Positions 11,275 through 20,933 are shown, counted from the first letter of the stretch. The stretch is 64,000 nucleotides of DNA from an uncultured Chloroflexia bacterium (GCA_963700285.1 CAVOXA010000001.1:416001-480000); one strand, 5' to 3'. Numbers and translations: made by a program. Notes: generated by a model not told the origin, from the sequence alone.

Positions 11275-12807
11275 CTACGTAGCAGAATCTGTTGGCGCAG
11301 AATACTGAACCAATGCTTGCACCAGGCCATCAATCGTATATTCCATGGCTATGACGTCTACGGTCAGGCCCATCTCTCGTGCTGTCTGGGCTGTGACAGG
11401 GCCGATGCAAGCGACTACAGTACTTTTCAGCGTACGAGGCATATCAAGTCCTGCGTCATTAGCCATCGCTGCCAGGTTGCGTACGGTCGAGGAGCTGGTG
11501 AATGTCACCGCAGTAATCCCATCCAAAAGGTCGTGCAGCTCACGAGCCTCCATCTCTGGTCGCAGTGTGCGGTAGGCCGTGGTTTCTACAATGTCAGCGC
11601 CTGCCTTTCGCAACAGATAGGCCAGCGCCGGGCGGGCGATGTCAGCGCGAGGTAGCAGCACACGGCGACCGCGCATGTCCTCCAACCCTGCGGCGACGGC
11701 TTCGGCCACATACTCCTGTGGCACATAGTCGGGCCGCAGGCCGCGCGCCTCCAATTCCCCGGCCGTGGCCGGCCCGATGGCTGCCAGTTTGACCCCGTAG
11801 AGCGCCCGTGCGTCCAGTCCCGCGTGGGCTAGCCGCTCCCAGAAGAACCGGACGCCATTGACACTGGTAAAGATGATCCAGCCAAAAGTCGAAAGTTCCC
11901 CGATGGCCCCATCGAGCGGCGCCCAATCATTGGCTGGCGCGATACGAATGGTTGGTAGCTCGACCGTTTCAGCACCCAAGTCGCGCAGCCGGGCTGAGAG
12001 AATACTGGCCTGCTCGCGAGTACGGGTGACCAGCACGCGGTGACCAAAGAGGGGGCGATCTTCAAACCACCGCAATCGCTCACGCAGCGCTGCTACCTGG
12101 CCAATTACGGTAACAGCAGGTGGCTTGAGGTCTACCGCTTGTACTCTCTCCACAATGTCGGACAGCGAACCGGTCACGGTCTCCTGAGATGGCATGGTGC
12201 CCCAGCGCACGATGGCGACTGGCGTCTCCGCAGGACGACCGTGAGTGATCAACTGCTCCACGATCTGGTCCAAGTGCCCGACGCCCATTAGAAAGATCAA
12301 GGTGTCCACGCCTGCGGCCAGGTGCTGCCAGTCCATGGCTGATCTGCCCTTGGTCGGGTCCTCGTGGCCGGTGATGACGGCAAAGCTGCTGGCCAGCCCG
12401 CGGTGAGTGATTGGGATCCCAGCATAGGCAGGCGCGGCCACGGCGCTGCTCACCCCGGGGATCACTTCGAATGATACCCCTGCCTCAACGAGGGCCAGGG
12501 CCTCCTCGCCGCCACGGCCAAAGACGAAGGGATCGCCGCCTTTCAGACGGGCTACCCGTCGGCCTCTCTGCGCCAAATCGACCAACAGGGTATTGATTTC
12601 ATCCTGGGTCCGTGTATGGGCGCGCGCCTTTTTGCCCACATAGATCTGCTCCGCCTCCGGCCGGGCATGGGCCAGCAGGGCAGGGTTGGCCAGATAGTCA
12701 TAGACCACTACATCAGCGGCAGCTAGAGACGCCGCACCTTGTAGGGTCAGCAGTCCGGGGTCGCCCGGTCCAGCCCCGATCAGGGAGACGAACCCGCTAG
12801 CTTCCAT
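11275..12807 (-). CDS. cobA-hemD: Uroporphyrinogen-III C-methyltransferase / uroporphyrinogen-III synthase fusion
   Basis: LIGAGPGDPGLLT and RLKGGDPFVFGRGGEE, followed by a HemD domain (VLVTR...FTSVNGV...FTSSSTV). Confidence 0.95.
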   Translation of the reverse strand: MEASGFVSLIGAGPGDPGLLTLQGAASLAAADVVVYDYLANPALLAHARPEAEQIYVGKKARAHTRTQDEINTLLVDLAQRGRRVARLKGGDPFVFGRGGEEALALVEAGVSFEVIPGVSSAVAAPAYAGIPITHRGLASSFAVITGHEDPTKGRSAMDWQHLAAGVDTLIFLMGVGHLDQIVEQLITHGRPAETPVAIVRWGTMPSQETVTGSLSDIVERVQAVDLKPPAVTVIGQVAALRERLRWFEDRPLFGHRVLVTRTREQASILSARLRDLGAETVELPTIRIAPANDWAPLDGAIGELSTFGWIIFTSVNGVRFFWERLAHAGLDARALYGVKLAAIGPATAGELEARGLRPDYVPQEYVAEAVAAGLEDMRGRRVLLPRADIARPALAYLLRKAGADIVETTAYRTLRPEMEARELHDLLDGITAVTFTSSSTVRNLAAMANDAGLDMPRTLKSTVVACIGPVTAQTAREMGLTVDVIAMEYTIDGLVQALVQYSAPTDSAT

Positions 12808-13732
12808 GCCGAACCTCATCCAGAACTTCCGCGCCACCCGCAGCCAGTACCCGCTCTGCCAGTTCGGTGCCGAGGCGCATGGGGTTTGTAGCAGGCCCGT
12901 GGATCTCGTCACCGACCAGCCGGGTGCCGTCCAGCGAGGCGACCAGACCCCGAAGGTAGAGTTGATCTCCATCCGCTTCCCCGTAGGCGGCGATGGGTAC
13001 CTGGCAGCCGCCCTCCAGGCAGTGCAGAAAGGCGCGCTCGGCGGAGGTTGCCTGGCGGGTGGGTGCGTGGTCGAGTGGGGCAAGCATCCGCTGCGTCGCG
13101 TCGTCCCCTGCCCTGACTTCAACGCACAATGCGCCCTGGCCAACCGCGGGGAGCACAAGATCTACCGGCAGATATTGCCCTATCACGCCCCCATATCCCA
13201 GCCGGAGGAGACCGGCGGCGGCCAGTACCACGGCGTCGTATTGGCCCGAGTACAGCTTGCGCAGCCGCGTGTCCACGTTGCCCCGCAGGTCACGGACTTG
13301 AAGGTCAGGCCGGAGCGCCAGTACCTGCGCCTTTCGACGGAGGCTGCTGGTGCCGACGATTGCTTCCTCTGGCAAACCGGCCAGATCTGTCCGCTTCCCG
13401 CGCACGACAAGGGCGTCACGGGCATCAGCCCGGGCCAGAACCCCGCCCAAGGCCAGTCCGATGGGTAGCTCTGTTGGCATGTCCTTGAGGCTGTGAACGG
13501 CCAAGTCGATCTCGCCGGCCAGCAGCGCATTCTCGATTTCTTTGACGAATAACCCCTTGCCGCCCACCTGCGATAGGGCCCGGTCCCGGACCAGATCGCC
13601 ATGGGTCTCGATTGTCTTCAGCTGAGGGTCGAGGTGTGGATAGATAGCTCGCAATCGGTCGATGACGTGCTTGGCCTGCCAAAGCGCCAGCGCACTGCCT
13701 CGGGTTCCAACGATAAGTGTTTGTGTAGACAT
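12797..13732 (-). CDS. hemC: Hydroxymethylbilane synthase
   Basis: GTRGSALALWQ, GKGLFVKEIE, GTSSLRR and LEGGCQVP. Confidence 0.97.
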   Translation of the reverse strand: MSTQTLIVGTRGSALALWQAKHVIDRLRAIYPHLDPQLKTIETHGDLVRDRALSQVGGKGLFVKEIENALLAGEIDLAVHSLKDMPTELPIGLALGGVLARADARDALVVRGKRTDLAGLPEEAIVGTSSLRRKAQVLALRPDLQVRDLRGNVDTRLRKLYSGQYDAVVLAAAGLLRLGYGGVIGQYLPVDLVLPAVGQGALCVEVRAGDDATQRMLAPLDHAPTRQATSAERAFLHCLEGGCQVPIAAYGEADGDQLYLRGLVASLDGTRLVGDEIHGPATNPMRLGTELAERVLAAGGAEVLDEVRHGS

Positions 13733-13735
13733 GGG

Positions 13736-14566
13736 CTATGAATTGAATAGAAAGTTGTGATGGCTGCCAGGCATAAGCAGATCTGCTCCGACAAAGGTGA
13801 TGAGTACCGAGAAAAAGCCAGCGACCAGGAGCCAAGCCCCCCGGCGATCTTGCCAACCGGCGCTGTGCCGGGCGAAAAAGTAGAGGGCGTAGATGAGCCA
13901 GGTGACCAGCGAGGCGACCTGTTGCGGCTCCCAGGGCCAGACGATGCCCCATGCTTTCTCTGCCCACAGAGAACCACTGATCAAGGCTCCAGTCATGAGT
14001 ACCAAGCCCACGATGGCCAAACGGCTCTGCAATGCCTCAAGAGTCTCTAGAGATGGCAGCCGGCGGGCCCACAGCCAATGACCTGGCTCTCTGATCGACC
14101 GCAGTTGCAGCAAATAGGTGAGTGCTGCGATGAAGGCCAAACTGAACATGGCATATGCCGCAAATGAGATGCTCACGTGGACGGGCAACCAATGGCTCTG
14201 TAGCACGGGCACCAGCGGCTTGATCCCTTTGGGCAACACCGAAGCGACAAGAATACTGAGTAGTGCGAGCGGTGTAACAAAGACACCCAGCATAGCATGC
14301 CGCCGCAGCGGCGGGATCAGAAGGTAGGCGACACCCAGACCCCAGGCATAGAGGGAAAAGGCCTCAAACCCGTTGGACAGTGGGGCATAGCCCGCTTCGA
14401 TCCAGCGCAGTAGGATGGCCAGACCGTGGAGTAGCACGGCCACCGCCAGTGTCAGGCGAGCCAATCGCTCGCTCCCCCTGCTGCCGCTGATCCAGCAGGC
14501 GACAAAGGCCACTGTGCTAGCCGCATAGAAAAGCGCCGCAAGAAGAAAGAAAACAACGTTAGCCAT
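13736..14566 (-). CDS. CcsA/HemX-like cytochrome c assembly family membrane protein
   Basis: Multiple TM helices, HWLPVHV and the WWD-like motif GSLWAEKAWGIVWPWEP; lies between hemA and hemC like Bacillus hemX. Confidence 0.85.
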   Translation of the reverse strand: MANVVFFLLAALFYAASTVAFVACWISGSRGSERLARLTLAVAVLLHGLAILLRWIEAGYAPLSNGFEAFSLYAWGLGVAYLLIPPLRRHAMLGVFVTPLALLSILVASVLPKGIKPLVPVLQSHWLPVHVSISFAAYAMFSLAFIAALTYLLQLRSIREPGHWLWARRLPSLETLEALQSRLAIVGLVLMTGALISGSLWAEKAWGIVWPWEPQQVASLVTWLIYALYFFARHSAGWQDRRGAWLLVAGFFSVLITFVGADLLMPGSHHNFLFNS

Positions 14567-15875
14567 GACCATTTTCTTCTTCCGGTCCACAACCACCGTC
14601 TTTGATACCAAAGAGGTCACGGACCGCTTCCGTATAGTGGTAGGCATGGCGCCCGTTGTCCTGCTGTTTGAGACGGACCGTCGGCTGGTGCAAGATCTTG
14701 TTGACCAATCGCCGGCTAAAGGCCAGAACCACGCTGCGCTCCTCTTCTGAAAGATGCTCAAGCTTGGGCATGGCCCATTGCAGTTCCGTCTCACGAATGA
14801 GATCCAGGTGCTGCCGGAGGTCTACGATCGTCGGAACCACGTCTCGAGCGCGAAACCAGTCAAGAAATGCGGCGGTCTCTTGTCCGATGATCGACCGCAC
14901 GTGGGGTACCTGGCGGCGGCGCTGCGCCAAGTTCGACTCGATTACCTGCTGTAAATCATCGATGTCATACAGAAACACATTGTTCAGCTCGCCCACGCCT
15001 GGCTCGACATCGCGGGGCACGGCGATGTCGATGACGAACATCGGCCGATTGCGCCGCATGCGCATGGCGGCTTTGACAGTATCGGCGCGAAGAATCGCGT
15101 GCGGGGCAGCCGTGGAACTGATGACAATGTCGGATCGCCACAGCGCCTGGGTAAGATGATCCCAGCCCATCGCCTCGCCACCATATTTCTTGGCCAGGCT
15201 TGCACCGCGGCCGGCGCTGCGATTCACTATCAACAGCTTGCCGACACCATTGTCTACCAGATTCTTGGCAGCCAATTCGGCCATCTCGCCCGCGCCGACA
15301 AGGACAGCGGTCTTGGTGGCCAGGCCGTCAAAGATCTGCAAGGCCAGTTCGACGGCGACATGGCTGATTGAGGCTGCGTGTCTGTTGATAGCTGTCTCGG
15401 TGCGCGCTCGCTTGCCCGCCCGGACCGCCGTGCGGAACAGAGCGTTGACCACCGGGCCGGCAGCGCCGTAAGCCAGCGCCAACTGGTGAGCCTGGACGAC
15501 CTGTCCCTGGATCTGCGACTCGCCCAGTACCATGGAGTCCAGCCCACAGGCAACCTCGCAGAGGTGCTCCACGGCCAATTCGTCTTGACGAACCTGCAGG
15601 TGGGGATCAAATACTTCCCGGGGCGTACCTGAAACCTTGGCAAGATAGCTGCGGATGTCCTGCTGGCCGCAATCGGCAGATTCAACGACTGCGTATACCT
15701 CCAGGCGATTGCAGGTGGACAGTATTGCCCCTTCCAGGGCGTAGGCCGGGCCGCAGCCATTGTTTGGGCACAAGGTTCGGAGCCCGGACGGGACACTGTC
15801 TTCAGCAAGTGCCAACTGTTCTCGAATCTCGACTGGTGCGGTCTGGTGACTCAAACCGACTTGTAGAATCTGCAT
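14559..15875 (-). CDS. hemA: Glutamyl-tRNA reductase
   Basis: GLSHQTAPVEIRE, LSTCNRLE, GLDSMVLGESQI, GAGEMA and DIAVPRDVE. Confidence 0.97.
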   Translation of the reverse strand: MQILQVGLSHQTAPVEIREQLALAEDSVPSGLRTLCPNNGCGPAYALEGAILSTCNRLEVYAVVESADCGQQDIRSYLAKVSGTPREVFDPHLQVRQDELAVEHLCEVACGLDSMVLGESQIQGQVVQAHQLALAYGAAGPVVNALFRTAVRAGKRARTETAINRHAASISHVAVELALQIFDGLATKTAVLVGAGEMAELAAKNLVDNGVGKLLIVNRSAGRGASLAKKYGGEAMGWDHLTQALWRSDIVISSTAAPHAILRADTVKAAMRMRRNRPMFVIDIAVPRDVEPGVGELNNVFLYDIDDLQQVIESNLAQRRRQVPHVRSIIGQETAAFLDWFRARDVVPTIVDLRQHLDLIRETELQWAMPKLEHLSEEERSVVLAFSRRLVNKILHQPTVRLKQQDNGRHAYHYTEAVRDLFGIKDGGCGPEEENGHG

Positions 15876-15894
15876 TGATATCCTTGGGTCCTGG

Positions 15895-16533
15895 TCAGCA
15901 ACATGTCTCGATGATCGTCTGTGCGCACCGACGGGCATTCTCGGGCTGGCCAGATCGCAGCAACTCGATGATTTCGGAATCCAACAGTGCCTCCCAGATC
16001 TCTCTCCTCTGGGCGGGATCGAGGACTTGTTCCCTTACGGCGGGGCGTAGGTCGGCCAGCAGGGCTAGATATGGCTCATATGCTGCGTCGAACTGTTGCT
16101 CAAGGACCTGGCGTATGCGCCGGGCGAGTAGGGGGCTACTACCCCCGGTGGAGACGCTGACAGTAAGTGCGCCACGGCGTACACTAGCTGGAACATGGAA
16201 ATTGCAGCGTTCTGGATCATCTACGACGTTAACCAGACAGCCTATCGCCTGCGCCTCTTGCCACACCGATTCATTGGTATCTGGATCGTCGGTGGCCGCA
16301 ATGACCAGTCGTGCGCCGGCGAGATCTCCAAACTGGTATTCCCGGCGAATTGTCTCAATCTTGCCGGCGTCAGCCTGTTCCTGAAGGGTCTGGCCCAAGT
16401 CCGGACTGATCACGATGGGACGGGCGCCGGCAGCTTGCAGACCAGCCACTTTGCGGGCTGCAACTTTCCCACCACCAACTACCATACAGCGGGCGAAATG
16501 CAAATTCACGACAGCAATAGGATAGTCGCCCAT
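15895..16533 (-). CDS. sirC: Precorrin-2 dehydrogenase / sirohydrochlorin ferrochelatase (SirC/Met8/CysG N-terminal)
   Basis: VVGGGKVAARK, AATDD, NVVDDP and STGGSSP. Confidence 0.9.
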   Translation of the reverse strand: MGDYPIAVVNLHFARCMVVGGGKVAARKVAGLQAAGARPIVISPDLGQTLQEQADAGKIETIRREYQFGDLAGARLVIAATDDPDTNESVWQEAQAIGCLVNVVDDPERCNFHVPASVRRGALTVSVSTGGSSPLLARRIRQVLEQQFDAAYEPYLALLADLRPAVREQVLDPAQRREIWEALLDSEIIELLRSGQPENARRCAQTIIETCC

Positions 16534-16535
16534 AA

Positions 16536-17189
16536 CTATGTCCCTGCACCCAACAGGCGGCGGTATGTCGCCTCGTAGCTGGCCAGACAGGCATACATGA
16601 CTTCATCCAGGAAGTGACGCAGCTGCCGGTGAATGCGCACGTCTTCGTTGTCGTATTGACCATGGCTAGCTTGACCGGGCCTGGCCGCTCGCAGCAATGA
16701 CTCACGGAAGAAGAACAGCGCGCGCACAGTGTCCACGAGCGACATCTCGTGTTGGGCGCATTCTTGTCCGTAGAGCTCGCCGATGCGTCGCCCCTCCTGA
16801 AGAACAGGCTCGTAGTCCCTGGTTCGGCCCATGTACTGGACCGCTAGCCCAAAGAGCCTGCGGCCTGTATCGCGCATCTGCTGGCGGTCCTCTTCTTGCT
16901 CAAAAGCCATGTACCACGACTCGTTCGATACATGTTGCGTGGCCATCTCCTGGCGAGCGTAGCCCACTGCACTTTGCACCAGAGTTTCTGACTGAGGCGC
17001 CAGAGCAAGTGTCTGCTTGCCTTCCATCCAGGCGATAAGGTCACTGGTCCTAAATCGCCTGTGCCCGCCTGGCGTACGGAAGCAAGGGATGTCCCCCGAA
17101 TCGGCCCAGCGCCGCAGCGTGGTTGGATGCGCGCCGACCAGTGAACCGGCTTCGGACAAAGAGAGCCATTGTTTTCTTTCGAAAGGCAT
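16536..17189 (-). CDS. Excisionase/BldC-type HTH regulator with a helical (globin-like?) C-terminal domain
   Basis: WLSLSEAGSLVGAHPTTLRRWADSGDIPCFRTPGGHRRF is an HTH_17/MerR-like motif; about 150 aa helical tail; first gene of the heme operon. Confidence 0.8.
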   Translation of the reverse strand: MPFERKQWLSLSEAGSLVGAHPTTLRRWADSGDIPCFRTPGGHRRFRTSDLIAWMEGKQTLALAPQSETLVQSAVGYARQEMATQHVSNESWYMAFEQEEDRQQMRDTGRRLFGLAVQYMGRTRDYEPVLQEGRRIGELYGQECAQHEMSLVDTVRALFFFRESLLRAARPGQASHGQYDNEDVRIHRQLRHFLDEVMYACLASYEATYRRLLGAGT

Positions 17190-17273
17190 CGATGTCACCA
17201 TTGCGTAATGCAATCTCGGAATTCTGACTGTGAATGTAGATTTATCTGCGCAAACCTAACTAAAAGTAGGCGC

Positions 17274-17302
17274 ACATTAGCATAGTTGCATATCATTGTC
17301 AA
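17274..17302 (-). promoter_or_regulatory. sigma70 promoter of the heme operon
   Basis: TTGACA-N17-TAATGT with an extended TG. Confidence 0.55.
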
Positions 17303-17485
17303 ATCTCTAGGGCGGTTGCGTCCAACAGGGCGCAGGTTGGGGAGGCTGGTTCGCGCTCCTGGGCACGGGCGGTGACATGGGAGGGGATGGTGAGACTCCT
17401 GCGCAGAGCGGAAAACGAATCGGTTCAAAGGGGCAGCTTGTCGCTGGGTACTGCTTGTGCTAGAATACTCGTATTCGAGGTATCA

Positions 17486-18319
17486 ATGCAACCATAGTAC
17501 TCTCCACCGGATCCCTAACTATGGCATTGCCCGTACCTTGAGCTGGCGGCACAGGCAGGTTTTGACGCCGTCGAGGTCATGGTCGATCACCGCTGGGACA
17601 GCCGCCAGCCGGCCTATTTGCAGCGCCTGGTCCGAGACCACGATCTTCCCGTAGCGGCCATCCATAGCCCCATCGTGCCCCACGTGCCCGGCTGGCTGCA
17701 CGATCCGATGGGGCGTCTGCAAGAGTCGGCTAATCTGGCTCAGGCGGTGGGGGCGGGGGTCGTGGTTGCGCACCTGCCGATGCGTATCCGCGCGGCAAGG
17801 ATAGCATTCTTTGGCTTCCGTGCCAAGCCACTGTTGGTTCCTATCTTTCTTCCCACCGATAGGGACTACCGGCGTTTCTTGCAGGATGGGTTGGCCCAAT
17901 TTGAGGCTGACAATGACATCATCGTCGGCGTGGAGAACATGCCTGCCAAGCGCCTTCTGGGACGCCGGGTGAGCATTTACTCTCTCAACGGGCTGGATGT
18001 CCTGGCCGGCCTGCCCCACCTGACATTGGATACGACCCACCTCGGTACCTGGGGCCTGGATCCACTGGCTGTCTACGAACGGCTCAAGGCGCGTATCGTC
18101 CATGTGCACCTGTCCAATTTTAACGGGCAGGAACACCGGCTGCCGGGGGATGGGCATCTACCTTTGGGGGGACTGCTGCAGCGATTGACCCGAGATGGCT
18201 ATGAGGGCGCAGTTTCCCTGGAATTTGACCCAGATGTGCTTCAGGCTGAGAATGAGGCACGGGTGCGGGACCATCTGTGCCAAGCGGTGCGTTTCTGCCG
18301 GCAATACATGGCCGGCTAG
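17486..18319 (+). CDS. Sugar phosphate isomerase/epimerase (xylose-isomerase-like TIM barrel); 5' end frameshifted
   Basis: IVLSTGSL, NYGIART and ELAAQAGFDAVEV lie in three frames at 17490-17580; downstream VENMP, LDTTH, HVHLS, EHRLPGDG and SLEF metal motifs. Confidence 0.8.
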
Positions 18320-18331
18320 GCCAGCAGGATC

Positions 18332-20050
18332 CTAGAAGAATTGTTCGCGGCGAGGCCGGTTGCGGAGATCCCAGATGAGGGCTGCTGCTACGGCCAAAAA
18401 GAGGACCCCAAGGATAGCGACCGGCAGGACGGGGAAGGCACGTGGTTGTCCGGCGTTTACCTCAAAAGCATCCACATTGGCAGGGCCGTGGGCTCCATCA
18501 TCGACCGTCAAGCGTACCACGTGCTGGTCGGTCGCCAGTCCGCTGCCAATGGGCCGACGGGCTTGCCATACGGTGTCCTGGGCCTGGAGATCCAGGTAGG
18601 ACCGGCCCTGGTCATCGGTGGGCAGGCCGGCGACGTTGCGGCCATCTAGCGTCACGAAAAGCCGGCCCTCCTGAGGGCCTTGGCGGGCGAGAAGATCCAC
18701 CGAGTGGCCCCGGAAGGTGAAGGTCAGGCTAGCGCCAGACTCAGTGCTTCGTAGCAGGGCCTGACCACTGGCCTCAGGGGCGATCACACTCCTCCAGCCA
18801 GATCCGGCAGCCACCGCAGGGTTGGTCTCCTCAAAGTGCCCTGGCGGCGCGACAAAAAGCGCGCCAGCCGCGTCCTGGACGGCGTCGTACACGCGGCGGG
18901 GGGTAAAGTCAACGTCGACCATGCGGAAGTAGTATGCCGCGTCGTCAGGGGCGTATTGTTGGCCCGTTTGACGAAAATACCAGATGTTGAACACGCCTGC
19001 CCAAGGCCAGTCCCGCTGGGCCAACTCGATGCCCTGCAAGGTGTATTCGGCCTGCTCTTCCTCGCTCACCCGTTTCCAGACAAGATCCTCTTTGGCGAAA
19101 TAGTCCGGTGCGGCGTTCCACCCGTATTCGTTGACCCATACGGCTTTGCCGCTGTCGCCGTGCTGCTCCATGATTTCCCGTTGAAGTTCCACACGCCGGA
19201 AGTTGAGTACGTCGGGGTCAGGTGGATCGTCGGGTGGGAGGTCAAAGCCAAAGGCGTTGACTGACAGGATGTCGAAAAACTCACCGGCGCCGGCCTTGTA
19301 CATCGCCTCCAAGTATTCCCCATCGGGCATCGAACGCCATTTCTCCGGATCCGGATGCGGCTCGCCCAAGGTGATGGCCAAGGGTGCCGACAAAACGTAC
19401 ACGTCGGGGTCAGCCTCCTTGGCTCGCTGGTACGCGATCTTGAGCAACTCGGTGTAAGCTTCCGGGTCAACAGCCTGCTCACCCCACTCGGGGTAGATAT
19501 TCGGCTCATTCCAGATTTGGATGTACTGTACCCGTCCACGGAAATGATCGACAAAGGCATATACAAAATCGCCATAGTCCTCAAAACTGGTGGGGGGTGT
19601 TTCGGGACGTGTGTCCTGGATGCGGGCCCAAGCAGGAGCCCGGTCCAGGCGGGCGATGACCTGCAATCCGTTGGCCCGGTACAGGTCCACAAGCTGGTCG
19701 AATTTCTCCCAACTGCTTTCGCCGCTCACCGGATCGATGAACTCACCCTTGCGAAGTGGCTCGATCTCGGCCCAGGCGAACTGCTGTTTGGCCCAGCCCA
19801 GACCAGCCTGCCGAGCCATCTCGACGGTTCGTTCCCGCTTCCAGGGTTCAACCTCGCGGGCCAAAAAAAAATCAGCGCCATAGGGGTTGACATCAGTGTT
19901 GGGTACTGTCCGGGCCGGGCGCCAGGTGTCCCCCGATGAGCGTACCGAGAGGGAGTAGCGGATGAGAACCACACCTAGTAGCCCGGCCAGTAGTACCAGA
20001 ATGGCTATGCTCACAACCGTCCGAAGGCGCAAACTTGGTCTCCTTGTCAA
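18332..20050 (-). CDS. Membrane-anchored clan GH-A glycoside hydrolase with a C-terminal beta-sandwich and TM anchor
   Basis: IWNEPN acid/base and VNEYGW nucleophile motifs; N- and C-terminal hydrophobic helices. Confidence 0.8.
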   Translation of the reverse strand: MTRRPSLRLRTVVSIAILVLLAGLLGVVLIRYSLSVRSSGDTWRPARTVPNTDVNPYGADFFLAREVEPWKRERTVEMARQAGLGWAKQQFAWAEIEPLRKGEFIDPVSGESSWEKFDQLVDLYRANGLQVIARLDRAPAWARIQDTRPETPPTSFEDYGDFVYAFVDHFRGRVQYIQIWNEPNIYPEWGEQAVDPEAYTELLKIAYQRAKEADPDVYVLSAPLAITLGEPHPDPEKWRSMPDGEYLEAMYKAGAGEFFDILSVNAFGFDLPPDDPPDPDVLNFRRVELQREIMEQHGDSGKAVWVNEYGWNAAPDYFAKEDLVWKRVSEEEQAEYTLQGIELAQRDWPWAGVFNIWYFRQTGQQYAPDDAAYYFRMVDVDFTPRRVYDAVQDAAGALFVAPPGHFEETNPAVAAGSGWRSVIAPEASGQALLRSTESGASLTFTFRGHSVDLLARQGPQEGRLFVTLDGRNVAGLPTDDQGRSYLDLQAQDTVWQARRPIGSGLATDQHVVRLTVDDGAHGPANVDAFEVNAGQPRAFPVLPVAILGVLFLAVAAALIWDLRNRPRREQFF

Positions 20051-20214
20051 CCCTGTCCGGCTGGCAGGGGAGTCGGGGTCTGGACCTCGTCAATCCACAA
20101 GTCTGCCAGCGGATGGTTGAAGGAGTATACCAGAAAACGCAGAAAGACGCAATGAGCAGCAGTTACCCCTGCAAGGAGCAGGCGAGTCGGGTGTGATCGA
20201 AGACGGGTTTCGCT

Positions 20215-20766
20215 CTAGGGTGTGGATGTCTCGATGGGCAGGCCAGCTTGTTGCCAAGCGGCGTAGCCACCCAGCAGGGCTTGAACGTTGGTGAACCCCA
20301 GGTCCATTAGCTTTCGTGCCACACGGGCACTCTGTTGCTCCTGGCCTCAAGTTCAGTAGAGGACCAGATCTTTGTCGCGGGCCAAGTCCTCCAGACGAGC
20401 ATCAATCTCTTCTTCGGGGATAGAGATTGCCCCTGCCGCGTGGGATTTTTCGTAGGAGGCGCCGCTGCGTACATCCACCAAGACCGCCTGGCCTAGATCC
20501 AGCTTCTCCTGCGTCTCATCCAGAGAGGCACGCGGTACCGTCGGAAAGGGGATAGACTGGGAGGATAGGGGCTGTGCGGTAGACAGGGCACCTGAAGCTC
20601 CGCCAGCAGATTGTCGGTCTCGAAGGGAGAAGACGATCGCAAGGGCAAGGACTACCACGACCACCCCGACAACGGTTGGGACGAACAGCGATGGCTGTTT
20701 CTTGGCTCGGGTTTTCCCTTTCCCGGTGGACGTGGTCTTGCGATTCTTGTTTCGTTTTCTGGTCAT
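20215..20766 (-). CDS. Membrane-anchored rhodanese-like selenoprotein with two in-frame UGA codons (UxU)
   Basis: VDVR..SYEKSHAAGAISIP...LVLY-TGA-ACT-TGA-GQEQQSARVARKLMDLGFTNVQALLGGYAAWQQAGLPIETSTP-TAG; the frame continues through both TGAs into the canonical rhodanese C-terminus. Confidence 0.88.
20316..20330 (-). other. Putative bacterial SECIS hairpin
   Basis: GTGCC-CGTGT-GGCAC stem-loop; the loop starts 21 nt after the second UGA and 27 nt after the first; G at loop position 2. Confidence 0.6.
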
Positions 20767-20933
20767 TGATGCTGACAAGCCTTTCCCGATCGAATGATAA
20801 CAGATCTATAGACTATGGGCAAGGAAGCCAGGTCGATCCCGGTGCTCCCAGCCAATGCATAAAGGCGCCCCGATATCTGGGACGCCTCTGTCACATCGCA
20901 GAAACCTGGGCGAGGTTCAGATACACGCCTGGT

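Noticed and set aside
15895-15903. Selenocysteine read-through after the terminal CC-TGA of sirC
   Set aside because: The domain is complete at that point, hemA starts 20 nt later and no SECIS-like hairpin was evident.
16536-17189. Excisionase-like HTH genes (also 58287-59050) as signs of a prophage or integrative element
   Set aside because: No integrase, att repeats or phage genes; both are fused to sensor-like domains and head metabolic operons.
20347-20355. Genome-wide UGA reassignment or nonsense pseudogene as the explanation for the two TGAs
   Set aside because: Many genes here end in TGA, including ATGA overlaps. Both TGAs fall on Cys positions, with an intact downstream domain and a hairpin.
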